A stretch of DNA of 64,000 bases, taken from the NCBI GenBank assembly GCA_013265495.1, contig MU058463.1, positions 1,697,523 to 1,761,522 on the forward strand, read 5' to 3'. Positions 49,026 to 63,099 of the stretch are shown one piece after another. The notes under the pieces are model-generated. The model had not been told where the DNA came from and did not search any database. It saw nothing but the letters and a program-made list of their open reading frames with translations. The translations under genes were made by a program, and so were the position numbers. The stretch's first letter is position 1. Every line of letters starts with the position of its first letter. This DNA is from Vicugna vicugna (Eukaryota).

Positions 49026-51437
49026 TAAAATGTTGACTCCTGAGTCCCCTCCCCCCTCTTGTTTAATTTTCACTAACTCTTACAACTATATAATGAAGTA
49101 TATATTGTTATTATTTCAATTTTACCTGTGAAAACTTAAAGAGGTTCAGAACATATGACAAGAGAGTGACAGCCCTTGGATTAAAATCTGCCTAAAAAAC
49201 ACCCAACCGCTTCCTCTAAAATCCAAGAATGGGGACCCAATGTGACGATAAGCATTATGACTACTTAATATTAAGCATTTAGAAGAAAATTAAAGTATTA
49301 ATTCTATTGATTTTTGACATGAGATAGATAAATTACAAAGATTATTGCAAGAATTTTTTAAAATTTAAGCTATGGATTTTTTTTTTTACATAGCGTGGGT
49401 GATGGTGTTTGAATTTTGTAATATTGGAACCCAAGACCGGGAGGATTTTGAGTCCTGCAGTTTGGAAGCCCTACGTCATGTGTTCTTCATTACCCGAGTC
49501 CACCCAGTGTTTGTTACCAGCTCAGGAATTAGAATCTAAGCCACAAGGAGACCTGGACTTTCCATTCCTTCCCAAGGCCCCTTAGGTAGCAAAAGCCCTC
49601 AGCTATGTTTCTCCAGAAGCAAATGCAGTCTGACGTAGAACCAAAGAAAATCATCACTCTAGCAGAGATCTGAAACATTAGCTCAGGTCAACATTTTCAC
49701 TTTCGAAGACATGGAGAGAAAAATGTTAAGTCTGTCAAGATTTTTTATGGATTTGTAGTGAGAGCATTACTGCTCACCAAAACAAGCCAATACTCCTTGG
49801 ATTAACTTGGAGAAAATGAAGATGCTATTATTATTACTTTAAAAATGATTCATTATATTGCCTCCCAACAATCTCTCAGTAAGTGTAAAAAGAGGAAAAG
49901 GAAATTATCTCTGTATTTATACAGAAGTGCAATATTCAACTGTTGAGTCCAGTTGTCCTCAGGCCTACGGTTGAGGGAAATCATCAAAATATAGGCCCAC
50001 TGGTTCCTTTGTGACTTTATGGATGAAACCTGTGGTTTGTTTACAAAGAAAAGATTCTGAAGAAAAGCATGCGTATTTCTTCTGATGATCGGTGGCTGCA
50101 AATTAATTTGTTCTTTATGACCTCATGGCCATTAAGAACAAACTTTGTGATTAGTTCTTTCTCTTGATCTGGTTTTGACAATTTGAAAATCTTCAGTGGT
50201 TTGCACATGAATTCAACTTGAAAAGCAATATATTCAGAAAAGCAATAAATATTCAGACAGTAAATAAGGGAAGAAAAAGAGAATTTCCTAGCCACATGTG
50301 CAAATATCATTATCGACCCAGTTTCTAATAGGACAGTACATCCATACAATTTTAAGTTCCTACTGATGCAAACTGTTACTATTTTCCAGCACAATGTCAT
50401 TAGGATTCTTCCTTACATACAAAAGGCCTGATTTTATTGCTCAGATAAAGCACCTGGCTGGTATGCTCAGCAAAATATTAGTTAATGTGTACCCCTTCTC
50501 TTTCTTAGCTGAAATATTTTATTAGCCATTTTTTCTATTTATTGACATTGTTATGATTTTTGTATTTAAATACAGAAATATGTCTATGCATGAAAAATAA
50601 GAAATGGGGCCCGGATTTTGCAAAATCAAGGACTATAGCTGAATTGGGAAATAATACCCATGTATTTTAACAACTAGTGCCATAGCCTAAACATGTCCGC
50701 TTGCATTCTTTATTTCTCTTAAGTGACATTTCTTGTGAAAGATTTTGTTTGTATTGCTACAGTCAGAGCAAAGTACACTCAGCAGCAAGCTGGACATGGA
50801 AAGTTTTCTGAAAGGGTAAAAAGCATGTGTTCTGACCAGCACCACCTGTCTTAGTTCAGATCTGAATTCAAAATTTTAAACACTTTAGAAGCATCTAAAA
50901 TTTAATACAGTTTTTTTAGGATATGGCAGCTTCTGGCTCTAAGAAGATACCCAATGAACCAGGGGTTGCTAGAATGCAGTTCAGTTACAGAATACAGGAG
51001 AAGCTGGGTATCTTTACTTTCATCTCATCTTGCAGGGCAGTATCTCTTATCTTATGTTCTATGGTATAATTTTGCACCCATTTTGAGAAGGCTATTTATT
51101 ATAGGATAAATTGGTGTCGATCAAAATGTGTTCAAATACTTCACATCTGACAGTAGCACTATGATCAGGTCCAAAATAAATCCCCACTACAACCTGTTCA
51201 CATTCAAGTTGGAAAAAGGGATCTTTATACTTGGTTGATTTCTAGAGCCACTCAGTAAATGAGGACAGACTCAATCCCTCCTCCAAATTTTAAGTTTAGA
51301 TGTGTTTCGGACTCCCCTCTCAAATATACACCATTCAGTCTACTTGTTTAAAACATATTGATTCCCACTAGGCAGCTCCACCTGGGAGGAACTGAGTTCT
51401 ATCGAAGTACGTAAACTTTTGCTTTTCCCCTGGCCAA

Positions 51438-51488
51438 ACACACACACACACACACGCACACGCACACATACACATACACACACACACA
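51438..51488. repeat. Imperfect (AC)n microsatellite
   Basis: Direct reading. Confidence 0.95.
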
Positions 51489-52024
51489 TGAATGTTTTCA
51501 CATTGAAACTGAAGATGTAAATGAAGGCCTGAAGTCTCTGTCTGGTTCTAGTTACAAGCTCTGTTTGTTGACATCACAGATGAAGGCCTGCTGTGTCTCT
51601 GGCTCTGTCTACTCCATTTCCCCTCTAATTAGGCTTTGCCCTCAATTAACTTAATGATGCAACTTTTCCTATAGATCATTTGCCCTTTCAATCAATTAAC
51701 AGAATATGAGGGCGCATCCCTCCTTGGCTTGGGACGCATTTGCCTGAGGGCAGACCGTTCAGTTCCCAGAAGTACCACAGAAGCAAAAGCAAGACATTTA
51801 CTTCTCTATCACACGTTATTCCCAAGAAAATCAGGCCTAGTAGAAGCCGTAACTACACTGCATTTCGTTATCAATTTGTGACAGGGCAAAGATTTGTCTG
51901 AAACCCTAGGGCAGGTCAAAAATATTGATGGGTGTGTTGTGAATATAAGGCAGTTCAAAATAAATTTTGGGTCAATATTTTAAAAGCGCAAATGAGGACT
52001 CCTGTAACATCAAGTAGAATTATG

Positions 52025-52026
<2 letters not shown>

Positions 52027-52055
<29 letters not shown>
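52027..52055. repeat. (AC)14 microsatellite
   Basis: Direct reading. Confidence 0.95.
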
Positions 52056-54432
52056 TCCCTAAATGACCTAGACAAATCACTAAGGTTTCATTGTTAGCAG
52101 AGGAAATCAAAATGATCCCTCTCAGACTTTTCTTTTCCCAGCCTGTAATTAAGGATTACAGAATGGATTTTAAAACAATTTGATTTCAAACAATGAAGCT
52201 GAACATTGTGAGCCTATTGTTGAACCCATACGTCATCTGTACCAACATTTGAATGATGCAAAGATCAAAATTTTAAGATAAAGTTGACTAATGCTTTCTC
52301 GGAATGTGTGAAAATTAGGCTAAGAAAAGAAATACTTTAGTCATTAGGAAACTGTAAGAGCCATTTATTACCTTTGTCATAAGTCTGTTAGAAATACTAG
52401 AGATGCTTTAGGAGGGTGGACTAGATAGCTCATAGATTCCTTCTGACCAAGGTGTTTATGATTTAATAATTTCAGTGTTTCAGGATGATTTTTGGACATT
52501 AAAATTAGAGGCCATTGATAGAGGAGTTAAATATTAAAATTAGGGTTTTAAGACGATCAGTCTGGCAGAATATGGTATGTAGATGACGAAGCTAAGAGGC
52601 TGTAGAGAATTTCGCTACTTAGAAGGGAAATGATCTAGTTGAGAATGCTGAAGGCCTGTACAAGAGTAGTTGTCGGAAGGATGAAAAAGAGAAAAATTTC
52701 AGAAACATATATATTGATCATAAGGCAAGCCAATTCTAACTGAATAAAATAGTTGTCGGGTGAGTCAATATAACCGGTAGGGTATTTTCAGTTATCAGCT
52801 CAGGAAAATTTCTAAACTGCCCATGAATCTGTGGACTGGAGCTTACAAAACTGCATCACAAGCACAGATGAATATTTATATTCACCCAATAAGTAAAAAG
52901 TTCTTATTTATATCTTTTGAGTGATTAATGATGTGTATGTTTGAAGGTTGAATATACCAAGCTGATCATAAAAGAAGTATTTCAGAGGGTATTTTCTGTG
53001 AGTCAGTGAGGCACCTCAACTCTTTTGGCTTGCTAAATTCTAACTGGACGCCAGGGTATAAGTCAGAACTTTTGGTAAGGTTTTGATGGTTATTTTAGAC
53101 TAGCAGTAGAAATCCACTTATCACTTATACCTAGTTATGAGAACTCAGCTCATTCTGCAAGAGTAGATTTTCTTGATAAATGGAAATTGAAAATTTCGCT
53201 GAAAGATTTCTTGAGAAGGTAGATGTTATTGATTTTTATAAAGGATAATACATGTCAATTATAATTTCAGAAAATGCTTTTCTTTTTCTGGATAGTTTTC
53301 TAATATAATAGAAATAAATCTTTATAGAAATAGTATTTCCTAAAATTTGATTTTACTGGATTAATCTAAATGATGGTCAGAGTAAATGAAAGCCCTGAGA
53401 TGAGAGGCAGAAATGGATCCATAATCACATTATGCAAAGAAAGATAGCGAAAGAGACAGTTCTCCAGCAGGAAGATAAATTGTTTCCTGGTTTCCTTGTG
53501 TAGTTCAAATACAGAAGGCACTACCAAATCAGAAGTTTTAATTGTGGTGATTTTTTTTTAACCATTTACCCATGGATATTTATGTTATCGATCATACATT
53601 TTACAAAGTAGTACAGATAATTCAAGGAATATGAGATTTTAAACTTTACTGTTGAAAGTCATGTTGCATTTTTTAAAATGTGTTTGGGAAAAATTCTTGA
53701 TACTTTGTGAAATAAGAATGTTAAAATTTGTGAACAAGTCAGATGACACCACACTACTGGTGAAGGAGAAAATCTTTTGAAAGAATTAGGAAAACCTGGG
53801 ACAGCCTATGATACTAGGTTTTTCCTCTAAAAGGACAGTTGAAAAGTCTCTAAGAGCAGATCATGAAGTTTTGAACCAGATGGCTGGAGACTCAAGGAAG
53901 GCTTCAAACTGTAAGAATAAGCTGTGCTGTGAAAATTTGAGATCATTTAAGGGCATTTGGCTACAGAGTGAGAAATCCTATGCTTGTATTTCACACTCGT
54001 ATGTGAACTTGGTCTGAGAATAAACTTGAACTGAATGAACCAAGAATGAGTAGTAATGAGAATAGTATACTGGACATAAATTGGAAAGCTTGCCCTACTC
54101 ATGCTCCTGTCTAAGGGACAGGCCCAAACTCACAGGCTCTGATCTCCAAAATTCCAGCAGTTGCTCACACATGACCTCACTTCTTTGTCCACTTCTGGTC
54201 ATGGTCAATTTGGATCTAGGAATAATCTGTTTATGGTTCATCTGGAATTAAATTCTATGTCTTGGCTCTAAAGGCAGGATGTAATGACAAAGTTTACATT
54301 TTTGTATAGATTGAAGTTGTGCAGGAACAGAAACAAAGGAAGCTAGTTGGTAGACAGAGGGGGATGAAGTTCATACATTAAAAAAAAGAAAAGACACCAT
54401 TAAAGAGACACAGAAAGGATTGGGTGGCTGGA

Positions 54433-54558
54433 TGGATGTTACCTAGAAGGACTGTGATGATCACTTTGCAATATATACAAATGTTGAATCATTGTGTTGT
54501 ACACCTGAAAGTACATAATGTTATATGTCAATTATACCACAAATAAAAAACAAAAACA
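54433..54558 (+). mobile_element. L1 (L1MA-like) extreme 3' end with A-rich tail
   Basis: gatcactttgcaatatatacaaatgttgaatcattgtgttgtacacctgaaa...atgtcaattatacc...aaataaaaaac. Confidence 0.85.
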
Positions 54559-54654
54559 GAAAACTGACTGGTGGTGATTCCTTTGAGGCTTTATGAAGTT
54601 TTCCTTGCATTCAGTGTTAGTATGTTTTCTCAGTAAAGTCCCTTTTCTGGCATG

Positions 54655-54745
54655 ATCTGGCTAATCATTCCAATTTGCATGGACTTCCCTGGTTTTAGCT
54701 GAAAACATCTTCATTCTCAGCAAACTGGGACAGTCGGTCACCTTG
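54655..54745. mobile_element. MER81-like hAT-Blackjack MITE
   Basis: ccctggttttagctgaaa...gcaaactgggacagtcggtcacc. Confidence 0.6.
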
Positions 54746-55339
54746 TCAGAGTCTCTATTTCTTGCAACGAAAAGAACCCTGAGTAGAGTGAATCCCACTT
54801 ATAAAAGAAAGATAGAAGCCAATAAATAGAAAAATTAATAAAAATTAAAATTGATAAACAGAAGACTCAGTAACCATGTAACTACAAATTTGTGAGTTTG
54901 AAAAAAGCCTTAGAGAATAATCAGTTACGAAGCCCACAAAACTTAGAAGAAGATGACATTTTCCAGTTCACCTAATTTTCAATTATAGCTTTCCAAATGA
55001 AGAAATGAGGCCAAGGAGGGTTGATTTGCTTAAGCTACAGCAAAGTTATACTAGAAACCAGGTCTTGTAAAACCGAATTCCTTGTTATTTTACTACTTTA
55101 CACTGCTTTAATGTTTGCTGTTTCTACTTTTCAGACATTTTTCTATTCTGTGTAATTTATAAGTTTTACAAAGAAAATTAAATAAACCAATTGATAGTAT
55201 AGTACTTTTAAGCTCCATTTTCACTTTATAAAATATATTATTTATATGGTTTATATATAGTTTAAACTATATTACATGTATTTTCTTACATATTATACAT
55301 TATTAAACTATATACCGTGTGTGTGTGACTGGTTTAAGC

Positions 55340-55480
55340 CAGTGCCTCTCACTTTTTATTTTGCATATGAATCATTTCATTTGGGATGTTATTAAAATAC
55401 AGATTCTGACTCAGTAGGTCTGGAGTGGGGCCTGAGATTCTGCATTTCAAACCAACTCTCAGGAGATGCCTATGCTGTGA
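55340..55480. mobile_element. MER5A
   Basis: ttaaaatacagattctgactcagtaggtctggagtggggcctgagattctgcatttc. Confidence 0.9.
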
Positions 55481-55723
55481 AGCTTTTGTGAGATCATACC
55501 TGGTCTCCTAATTATATTCATGTGCACTAAGCTTAACCTCCGTATCCGCGCTTTCCCCAGGTTTGAAGAGTGGAGAAACAAGGTCAGCCAAATTGGGTTG
55601 GGAAATGGAGCAAGTCAGCAAGAAGGAGGCTGAGCAAGCTAGTCCATGCTCCAGTTAGATATAGAACAGACATAAACCAAAGGTTCTAGGAACTTGAAAG
55701 TCAGGATAGCCAAAACCTAGATA

Positions 55724-58059
55724 CAGGTACACCTCAGAGATACTGTGGGCTTTGTCCGGGGCCACAACAGTAAAGCGAATATTGCAATAAAGTGAGTCAT
55801 GAATTTTTTTAGTTTCCCAGTGGATATAAAATTTATGCTTACACTATACTGCAGTCTCATAAGTGTGCAATAATATTATGTCTAAAAAAGTACATAGCTT
55901 AATTTAAAAATACTTTATTGCTAAAAAATATGCTAATCATCTTATGAGCCTTCATTGAGTTGTAATCTTCTTGCTGGTGGAGGGTCTTGCCGTGATGTTG
56001 ATGGCTGCTGACTGTGTTGGTTACTGAAGACTGGAGTTGCTGTGGCAATTTTTTAAAATAAGACAACAGTGAAGTTTGCTGCATTGATTGACTTTTCCTT
56101 TCAAGAACAATTTCTCTGTAGCATGCAATGATGTTTGATAGCATTTTACCCACAGTAGAACTTCTTTCAAGTTGGAGTCAGTCCTCTCAAACCTGCCACT
56201 GCTTTATCGACCAAGTTTCTGCAACATTCTAAATTCTTTGCTGTCACTTCAATAATCTTCAAAACATCTTCACCAGAAGTAGGTTCCATCTCAAGAAGCG
56301 CCTTTCTTTGCCTCATCCATAAAAAATTTTATAATGAGCAATTCAATGACATCTTCAGGCTGCACTTCTAATTCTGGTTTTCTTGTTATTTTCACCACAT
56401 CTGTAGTTAATCCCTTCACTGAAGTCTTGAACTCCTCGAAGTCACCCATGAGAGTTGAGATCAGCTTCTTCCAAACTTCTGTTAATGTTGATATTTTGAC
56501 CTCCACCCATGAATCAAAACATTCTTAATGGCATCTAGAAGGGTGAATCCTTTCCACAAGGTTTTCAGTTAACTTTGCCCAGAACCACCAGAGGAATCAC
56601 TATCTATGGCACTTATACCCTTACGAAATGTATTTCTTAAGTAATAAGATTTGAAAGTTGAGATCACTCTTTGGTCCATGGGCTGCAGAATGGATGTTGT
56701 GTTAGCAGGCATGAAAACAACATTAATCTCATTGATCATTTATCAGGGCTCTTGGGGTGACCATGTGCATTGTCAATGAGCAGTATTGTTTTGAAAGGAA
56801 TATTTTTTTCCTGAACAGTATGTATCAACAGTGGGCTTAAAATATTCAGTAAACCTTGCTGTAAAAAGATGTCTTGTCATCCTGGCTTTGTTGTTCCACT
56901 GATAGAGCACAGGCAGAGTAGATATAGCATAATTCTTAAGGGTTCTAGGATTTTTGGAATGAAAAACAAACTTTGGCTTCAACTTCAAGCCACTAGCAGA
57001 ATTATTAGCCCCTAACAAGAGGATCATTCTGTCCTTTGAAGCTTTGAAGCCAGCCATTGACTTCTCATCTCTAGATGTGAATGTCCTAGAGGGCATATTT
57101 CCCAACAGAAGGCTGCTTTGACTTCATTGAAAACCTGTTGTCTGGTGTCGCCACCTTCATCAATTTTCTTGGCTAGATCTGGATAATTTGTTGCAGCTTC
57201 TGCATCAGCATTTGCTGCTTCACCTTGCACTTTTATATCATGGAGACAGCTTCTTTTCTTAAACCTCATGAACCAACCTCTGCTAGTTTCAAATTTTCTT
57301 CTGCAGCTTCCTCACCTGTCTCAGCTTTCACAGAAGAGAGTGAGGGCCTTGCTTTGGTTTAGGCTTTGGCTTAACGGAAATGTTGAGCCTGGTTTGAGCT
57401 AACTGGACCAATAAAACTTTCTTCATAACAGCAGGAAGACTCTTACTTTCTTACCCTTCGTGTGTTCAGTGGAGTAGCACTTTTCATTTCTTTCAAGAAC
57501 TTTTCCTTTGTATTCATTCACAGCCCGGCTAATGGTCTGGTGCAAGGGCAGAGCTTTCAGCCTATCTTAGCTTTCAATGTGCCTTCCTCACCAAGCCTAA
57601 TCATTTCTAGCTTTTCATGTAAAGTAAGACCTGAATACTTAGAGGCCACTATACAGTTATTAATGGACCTAATTTCAATGTTGTCGTGTCTCAGGGAATA
57701 GGGAGGACTAAGAAGAAGGAGAGAAATGGGGGGGGCTACCACTCAGTTGAGCAGTCAGGACCCACACACCATTTATTGGTTAAGTGCCCCATCTTAACGG
57801 GCTGCAGTTTGTGTCACCCCAAAACAATTACAATAGTAACATCAAAGATCACTGAACACAGATCACCATAGCAAATATAATAATACTGAAAAAGTTTCAA
57901 ATATTGCGAGAATTACTAAAATATGACAGACACAAAGTGAACAAGAGCTATTGGAAAAATGGTGTCAAGTAGACTTGCTCAAGCAGGTTGCCACAAAACT
58001 TTGATTTGTAAAAAATGCATTTATCTGTGAAGTGCAATAAAGTGGAGCATGATAAAACA
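55724..58059 (-). mobile_element. Tigger1 DNA transposon, near full length (about 2.3 kb), transposase inactivated
   Basis: TA|CAGGTACACCTCAGAGATA terminal repeat; minus ORFs [62 protein letters not shown] split by frameshifts. Confidence 0.95.
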
Positions 58060-58939
58060 CAGACACAGGAGTAGAGCATCTTGGCAGCAGGCAGTCACCA
58101 GTAGGGCATTAGCTGTAGAAGGTTTTGATCAGATCGCCGAGGGACCCTCAGTGAGGTTGTGGGGATGAGATGATGAGTGAGTAATGGAAACAGTCCTCAA
58201 GGAAATTCCAGTCTAGAGGGGGATGATTGAGGAGCAGGCGATTAACACCATTAAGAAGAAAGAAGAATTGTAAAGGGCCAGACCATCAAATTAAATAGTG
58301 CCTTCTGGGGCTGCAGTCCAAAGAGGAGGCTTGAGTCAGAGTTCGTGGGGACAGGAACATGAGTTGAGACCCAGAGTGTTTCATCACGTCCGTGGACCAG
58401 TGTGTGTAGGTAAGGCTAGATAGCCAAGGAATTGCACATAAGGTATAGGAATCGTAAACCACGGGGAGGGTAACAATATCTTATGAGGCTTGGGGTCCTT
58501 GATTAGGACAGAGGTACAGTCAGAAAAAGGGAAGGACTGGAGCCAAGTCCAGGCAAATAGGTATGCCCGACGGGCAGAAGCCAGGCTCCACGCGTGGACC
58601 AAGTAAGAAGAACAGTTAACTGATGTAAAGTGAGAGAAATGGTTAAGTGCAGAAGGGCAGCTAACATGAGAAAAGGGCAACTCTAAAACAAGAAGCCAGA
58701 AAAGTAAATCCCTTTGCCTCCTTCATCCCTCTCACAATCTACTGTCTAGACTACAACTCATTTTCCAGATTATAGCCAAAGGCAACGTATATCTTTGCTT
58801 CCTTAAGGAGATGGTGTTAACCAGGAAAATGTAGCACTAAATATATTCCATCTATATCAAGACACTCACAGCAGTATATGTCCTTATCCTTCAAGGCAGT
58901 AACAAACGTAGAATGTCAAGATGCTTTATTTAATAATAT

Positions 58940-59160
58940 TGTATATTTGTGTATCCTTTTTAAGCTTAAAGTACTTTCACAAATGTTATCTCATGTAATC
59001 CTCACAGTAACACCATAAAAATTACATGGCTGGCATACCCAAGTCATGAATAAGGAAAATAAACTGTGGAAAGATTAATCAATTTTCCAAAGACCAAGTA
59101 ACTTCTAAGTGGCTGCACTGGAGTTTCTGATTTCAGATCAGTGCTCCTTCTAATGTGCCA
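58940..59160 (-). mobile_element. MIR SINE
   Basis: aaagtactttcacaaatgttatctcatgtaatcctcacagtaacacc. Confidence 0.75.
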
Positions 59161-59919
59161 AAATGTAAAATATTTTGTCCAATTTCAGATTTCTTTGCAC
59201 AGAAGCTCTTGCATCTAAATCCACAAGTGGGTGGGGCATACTTTGTAGCTAAAATATTTGGACAATAGACTAGAAGGTGAGGAAAATCAAAGCAGATATA
59301 AGGAGAAAACAAGTAGATTAGAATGAGCTTAATCAACATTACCATCCTGGATATCTCTGGGCATCAGGAAATAAAGAATCAAAACAAATAATTCTCAGGC
59401 AATTAAAAGCTAAGCTAACTGCTTACAGTACAATGAATGAAGTCTGAGATACGAACGACAGCAAAAGTAGCACATGACTTATTCCAGAAGATAGAAAAAA
59501 GAAATCGTTTCAAGAGGGCTGGGGAAAGCGAGCAATAACACAGACCAAGTTTGAAGGGAGTAGTGAGTGAAAAAAGCTGACAGTAACTCTTTTCCTTGTG
59601 TTCAACAGGAGCACCTGATTCACTGCAAGGGGTTATTGTTCTCCTCGGGGCCAGATCATAGGATGGAGACAGCCCTTATGAGGCTGGAATGTAGCAACAT
59701 TTTATCATCAGATGAACCCCACCGGTGGAGGAGAGACAAAAGTTAAAATTGAATCAAAGAACCAGAAAAACATAGAAAGGAACATAGCAAAGTTTGGCTC
59801 TAACATTAATTTTTCAATATGAATCCTAGATACCTCAGCAACTGAAGTGGTAACTACTAAGAAACCTTTCTTGCAAATCTGTACACTGAAGAACAGGGAA
59901 CGTAGACTGGAGATCACAA

Positions 59920-60130
59920 ATTTGCTACGTGTGTGTGCTGAAGATAGGCAGCAGACATATTCCGACAGGCTAAAATATGTTTAAAAGTCAGAAAATGTTG
60001 CCAATCTGGTAATTTCATGTAAAAACACAAGATCCAGCATTGCCACATGGCTACAGTGAGCTGGACCGAATAGCCCTGTTTATTCAGGGCTCACTGTGCA
60101 TCTCTGTGACCTGCCCTGCCCTGACCTCTG
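59920..60130. mobile_element. MER102-like hAT fragment
   Basis: atttcatgtaaaaacac...cattgccacatggctacagtgagctggac. Confidence 0.4.
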
Positions 60131-60269
60131 TAGAGATTTCAGTTTGCTCCATGCTTCTCTCCTCCTCACTTCGGCAGCTGTCTGTAGCCAAGTAGTCTTG
60201 TTCTAGACTAGAATGAAAGAAATGAAAATAGTGACCCAAACTGTGAAGGCAAACCCTGTCTTTGAACAT

Positions 60270-60530
60270 GTATTCACTCAACATATATTAATCAAACAAG
60301 TAGGACACACCAGGAACTCTGCTCGGTCCTAGGGAGACAGACTTGAATAAGTTGTAGTCCTTGCTCTCGTGGGGCTTACAATTTAAGGGGAAGCACAGAC
60401 ATCATGTGAATAATAAAAAGCATGGTTAATATTAAGTTGGAGAAATGTCAGGTGCTTGGGGACTGTGAATTTGGTGATCTAACCTGGTGGCACGTTGTGG
60501 AGGATTCGCAAAGAAATGTAAGCTGAGCCC
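60270..60530 (-). mobile_element. L2 3' end
   Basis: tattcactcaacatatatt...ccaggaactctgct...gtccttgctctcgtggggcttacaatttaagggg. Confidence 0.75.
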
Positions 60531-61243
60531 CTAGGTCTCCCCAGGATCGTCCAGGATTGGCCTTCGACGTGATTTAGAGCTTACAGTTAATCACAGATCA
60601 TTTCTAAAGTGGTTCGTGCTGCTGGGATGCTGTCTAGAAAGAAGAATGTCCTGGTGAATTGGAACAACTACTTCTTTTTCAAAGTTTTAGTGTTTTTGTA
60701 CTTTCGCAATGTTGCAAAATACTTGTACGCCCACCATCCTTACACCCAAGAGTAATGCCTCCATTGGGCAAAGCATAGCATTTCTAAAATTAATGCCCTT
60801 CTACTAAAAAGTATAAATTAAAAAATATTCTAATGGCTAAAATAGTTATTTAACAAGTTTATTTATTTAACAAGTTAACAGAAAGACAAAGAAGATTTTT
60901 TTGTTGTTGGAATGACAAAAATGCGTAGGCAGCAATAAGGGTATTGATTGAAACTAAATCTTGGAAAGAAACGTGGTCTGGAAAAGGAAAGGCAATGTTA
61001 CTTGATCTTCATTATCGCCATCAAAGGTTTTTGTAATTCATAGTTTGACAGTATTGTGTGAATAGCAGTGATCGTTTCACAAAGCTGTGATTTACCTTAA
61101 GAAAACAACAATTAACAAGGTGCATCATATAAAGATAATTGTGAACTGAAAGAATTGAAGGAAATAATGAAAACCTAAAATTGCTTTTTTTTAAAATAAA
61201 AATTTCAGTTTACAAATGGAAACTCAATATTGGGTTTTGGCCC

Positions 61244-61310
61244 TTCTTTTCTTTCTTTCTTTCTTTCTTTCCCTTCCTTCCTTTTTTTTTTATTTTTTTC
61301 CTCTCTTTTT
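61244..61310. repeat. (TTTC)n / T-rich low complexity
   Basis: Direct reading. Confidence 0.9.
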
Positions 61311-62449
61311 TGCTTCTTCAGAAAAGAGAGCAGCGTTTGAATGTATGGACATGCATACAGACAAACCAGGTCAAATTTGCACAGCACATAATCTGCACCC
61401 AAATCCCTATGGATTGTTTTGTGTGGTTTACTGTATAAGCACACACATAATGATGGTTAGATTAGGAGTTTAATCCCTGGCATAATGGTTTATACAGACT
61501 AAGCTATTATTGCCAGCGAGGAGTCATGCTTGGTGGAGAGGGATAAACTTTGCTAAAATTGGATTAGAACAAAAACATTTTAGACTAAAAAAAAAAATAA
61601 AACCTAGAGATTTCTTGACCTGGAATGAGATATAGCTTCTTAGTATTAAAGCAAGTGTTCTTCACAGAACAATTATCTAACTTATGCTGATTCTGATCAT
61701 CGGTTTCCCTTTCTACTAAGCAGCCTCATTACAAGTTCAACACACATTTGAAATGTTTTATCCAAACCTTAATTTAAGATGTAAAGTCATTCCATTATGC
61801 AGTGTGTTTTTATTAGTATAAAACATAATGCTGAAATTACTTGGTTTCTCTTTTGCAAAAGAAAATGGGCTGGATGACTTAGCCCCATTTCCCACTTTGG
61901 CAGTTCAGGGAAGCCCACAGTCCTGTCCTCAGGATGACGCATATAAAGCACTTAGCATCGTGCTGAAGACATTATTCAATAAATGTTAGCAGTTCACTAA
62001 TTTAATAAAGTATGCAATGTCAATAAATTTGATTAGTGGTTCCTTTCAAATGAAAGTACAATCAAAACTGAATTTCTTCTTTTTTCCTGTTTCTGCACTT
62101 CATCTCTATGAATATTTAGCAAGGATTCCTACTCATGCTTAGTGAGTGGTAAAAAGGATACTTTCAGTTTCAATAAAGAGATGTCTACTTTAGCTACTGT
62201 TCGTCACAACACTTCTAGTATAATTCACTGGGACAGACTTCAATTATACTTGAAAGTCAAAGCATAATCCAGTTCAGAAAGACACTTCCAGGTGACCCTT
62301 GATCTTTATTTCAATCAGTTACAGTTAAAATAATTCATTTTATTTCACTATGTTGGCAACCATCCTAAAGTGTTAGAATCACCAGCTATGCAAGAGGTGA
62401 GTTGTAGTTTAAACGAAGCAATCATACAATAACTCAAATAAATCTAATA

Positions 62450-62764
62450 AAGTCATCCCTCAGTATCCATGGGGAATTGGTTCCACGACCCTTGAAAATA
62501 ACAAATTCCATGGATGCCCAAATCCCTTATGTAACATGGCATAGTATTTGCATATAACCTACGCACATCCTCCTGAATACTTAAAATCATCTCTAGATTA
62601 CTTTTATTACCCACTACAATGTAAATGCTATGCAAATAGTTGCCAGCATGTAGCAAATTGAAGTTTTGCTTTCTGGAAGTTTCAGGAATTTTTCCCCAAA
62701 TATTTTTGATCTGTGGTTGGTTGAATCCACAGACGCAGAAGCCACTCATATGAAGGGCCAGTTG
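62450..62764 (+). mobile_element. MER2 (MER2B-like) Tigger MITE with TA flanks
   Basis: TA|aagtcatccctcagtatccatgggg...gtatttgcatataacctacgcacatcctcc...gaagggccagttg|TA. Confidence 0.9.
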
Positions 62765-63099
62765 TATTTATAATTTTTTATTACCTTGACTTTAGTGTAT
62801 TTTTCATATTTTTCATGTCTGTTTATCTCTCAATCATCTATCTTGCTAGATCCATCCTAGGATTAAGTTGGCCATGGTTCTCATATTTATCCAAGAAAAG
62901 TGTGGAAAGATACATAGAATAGAATCTTTTATTCTGGGCCATCCTGCAAGGGAAGCTTGATTCTTCAGTGAAACACAGGAAGGATCTGCTTAAAGAAGTG
63001 TAACGATGTCTCACAAGCCACAGTAGCAACATTTAGTAGGGGAAGTGAAGAATTTATTTTTCAGCTGAAACTGTGAGGAGAATTTTTAGGGAGAAAGGG

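Noticed and set aside
53738..53780. SDDTTLL, reminiscent of a reverse transcriptase YADD motif
   Set aside because: Very short, followed by a stop, and no other RT motifs nearby.
55899..57742. Domesticated TIGD-like gene
   Set aside because: Multiple frameshifts and stops, and the first catalytic Asp region is altered; consistent with neutral decay.
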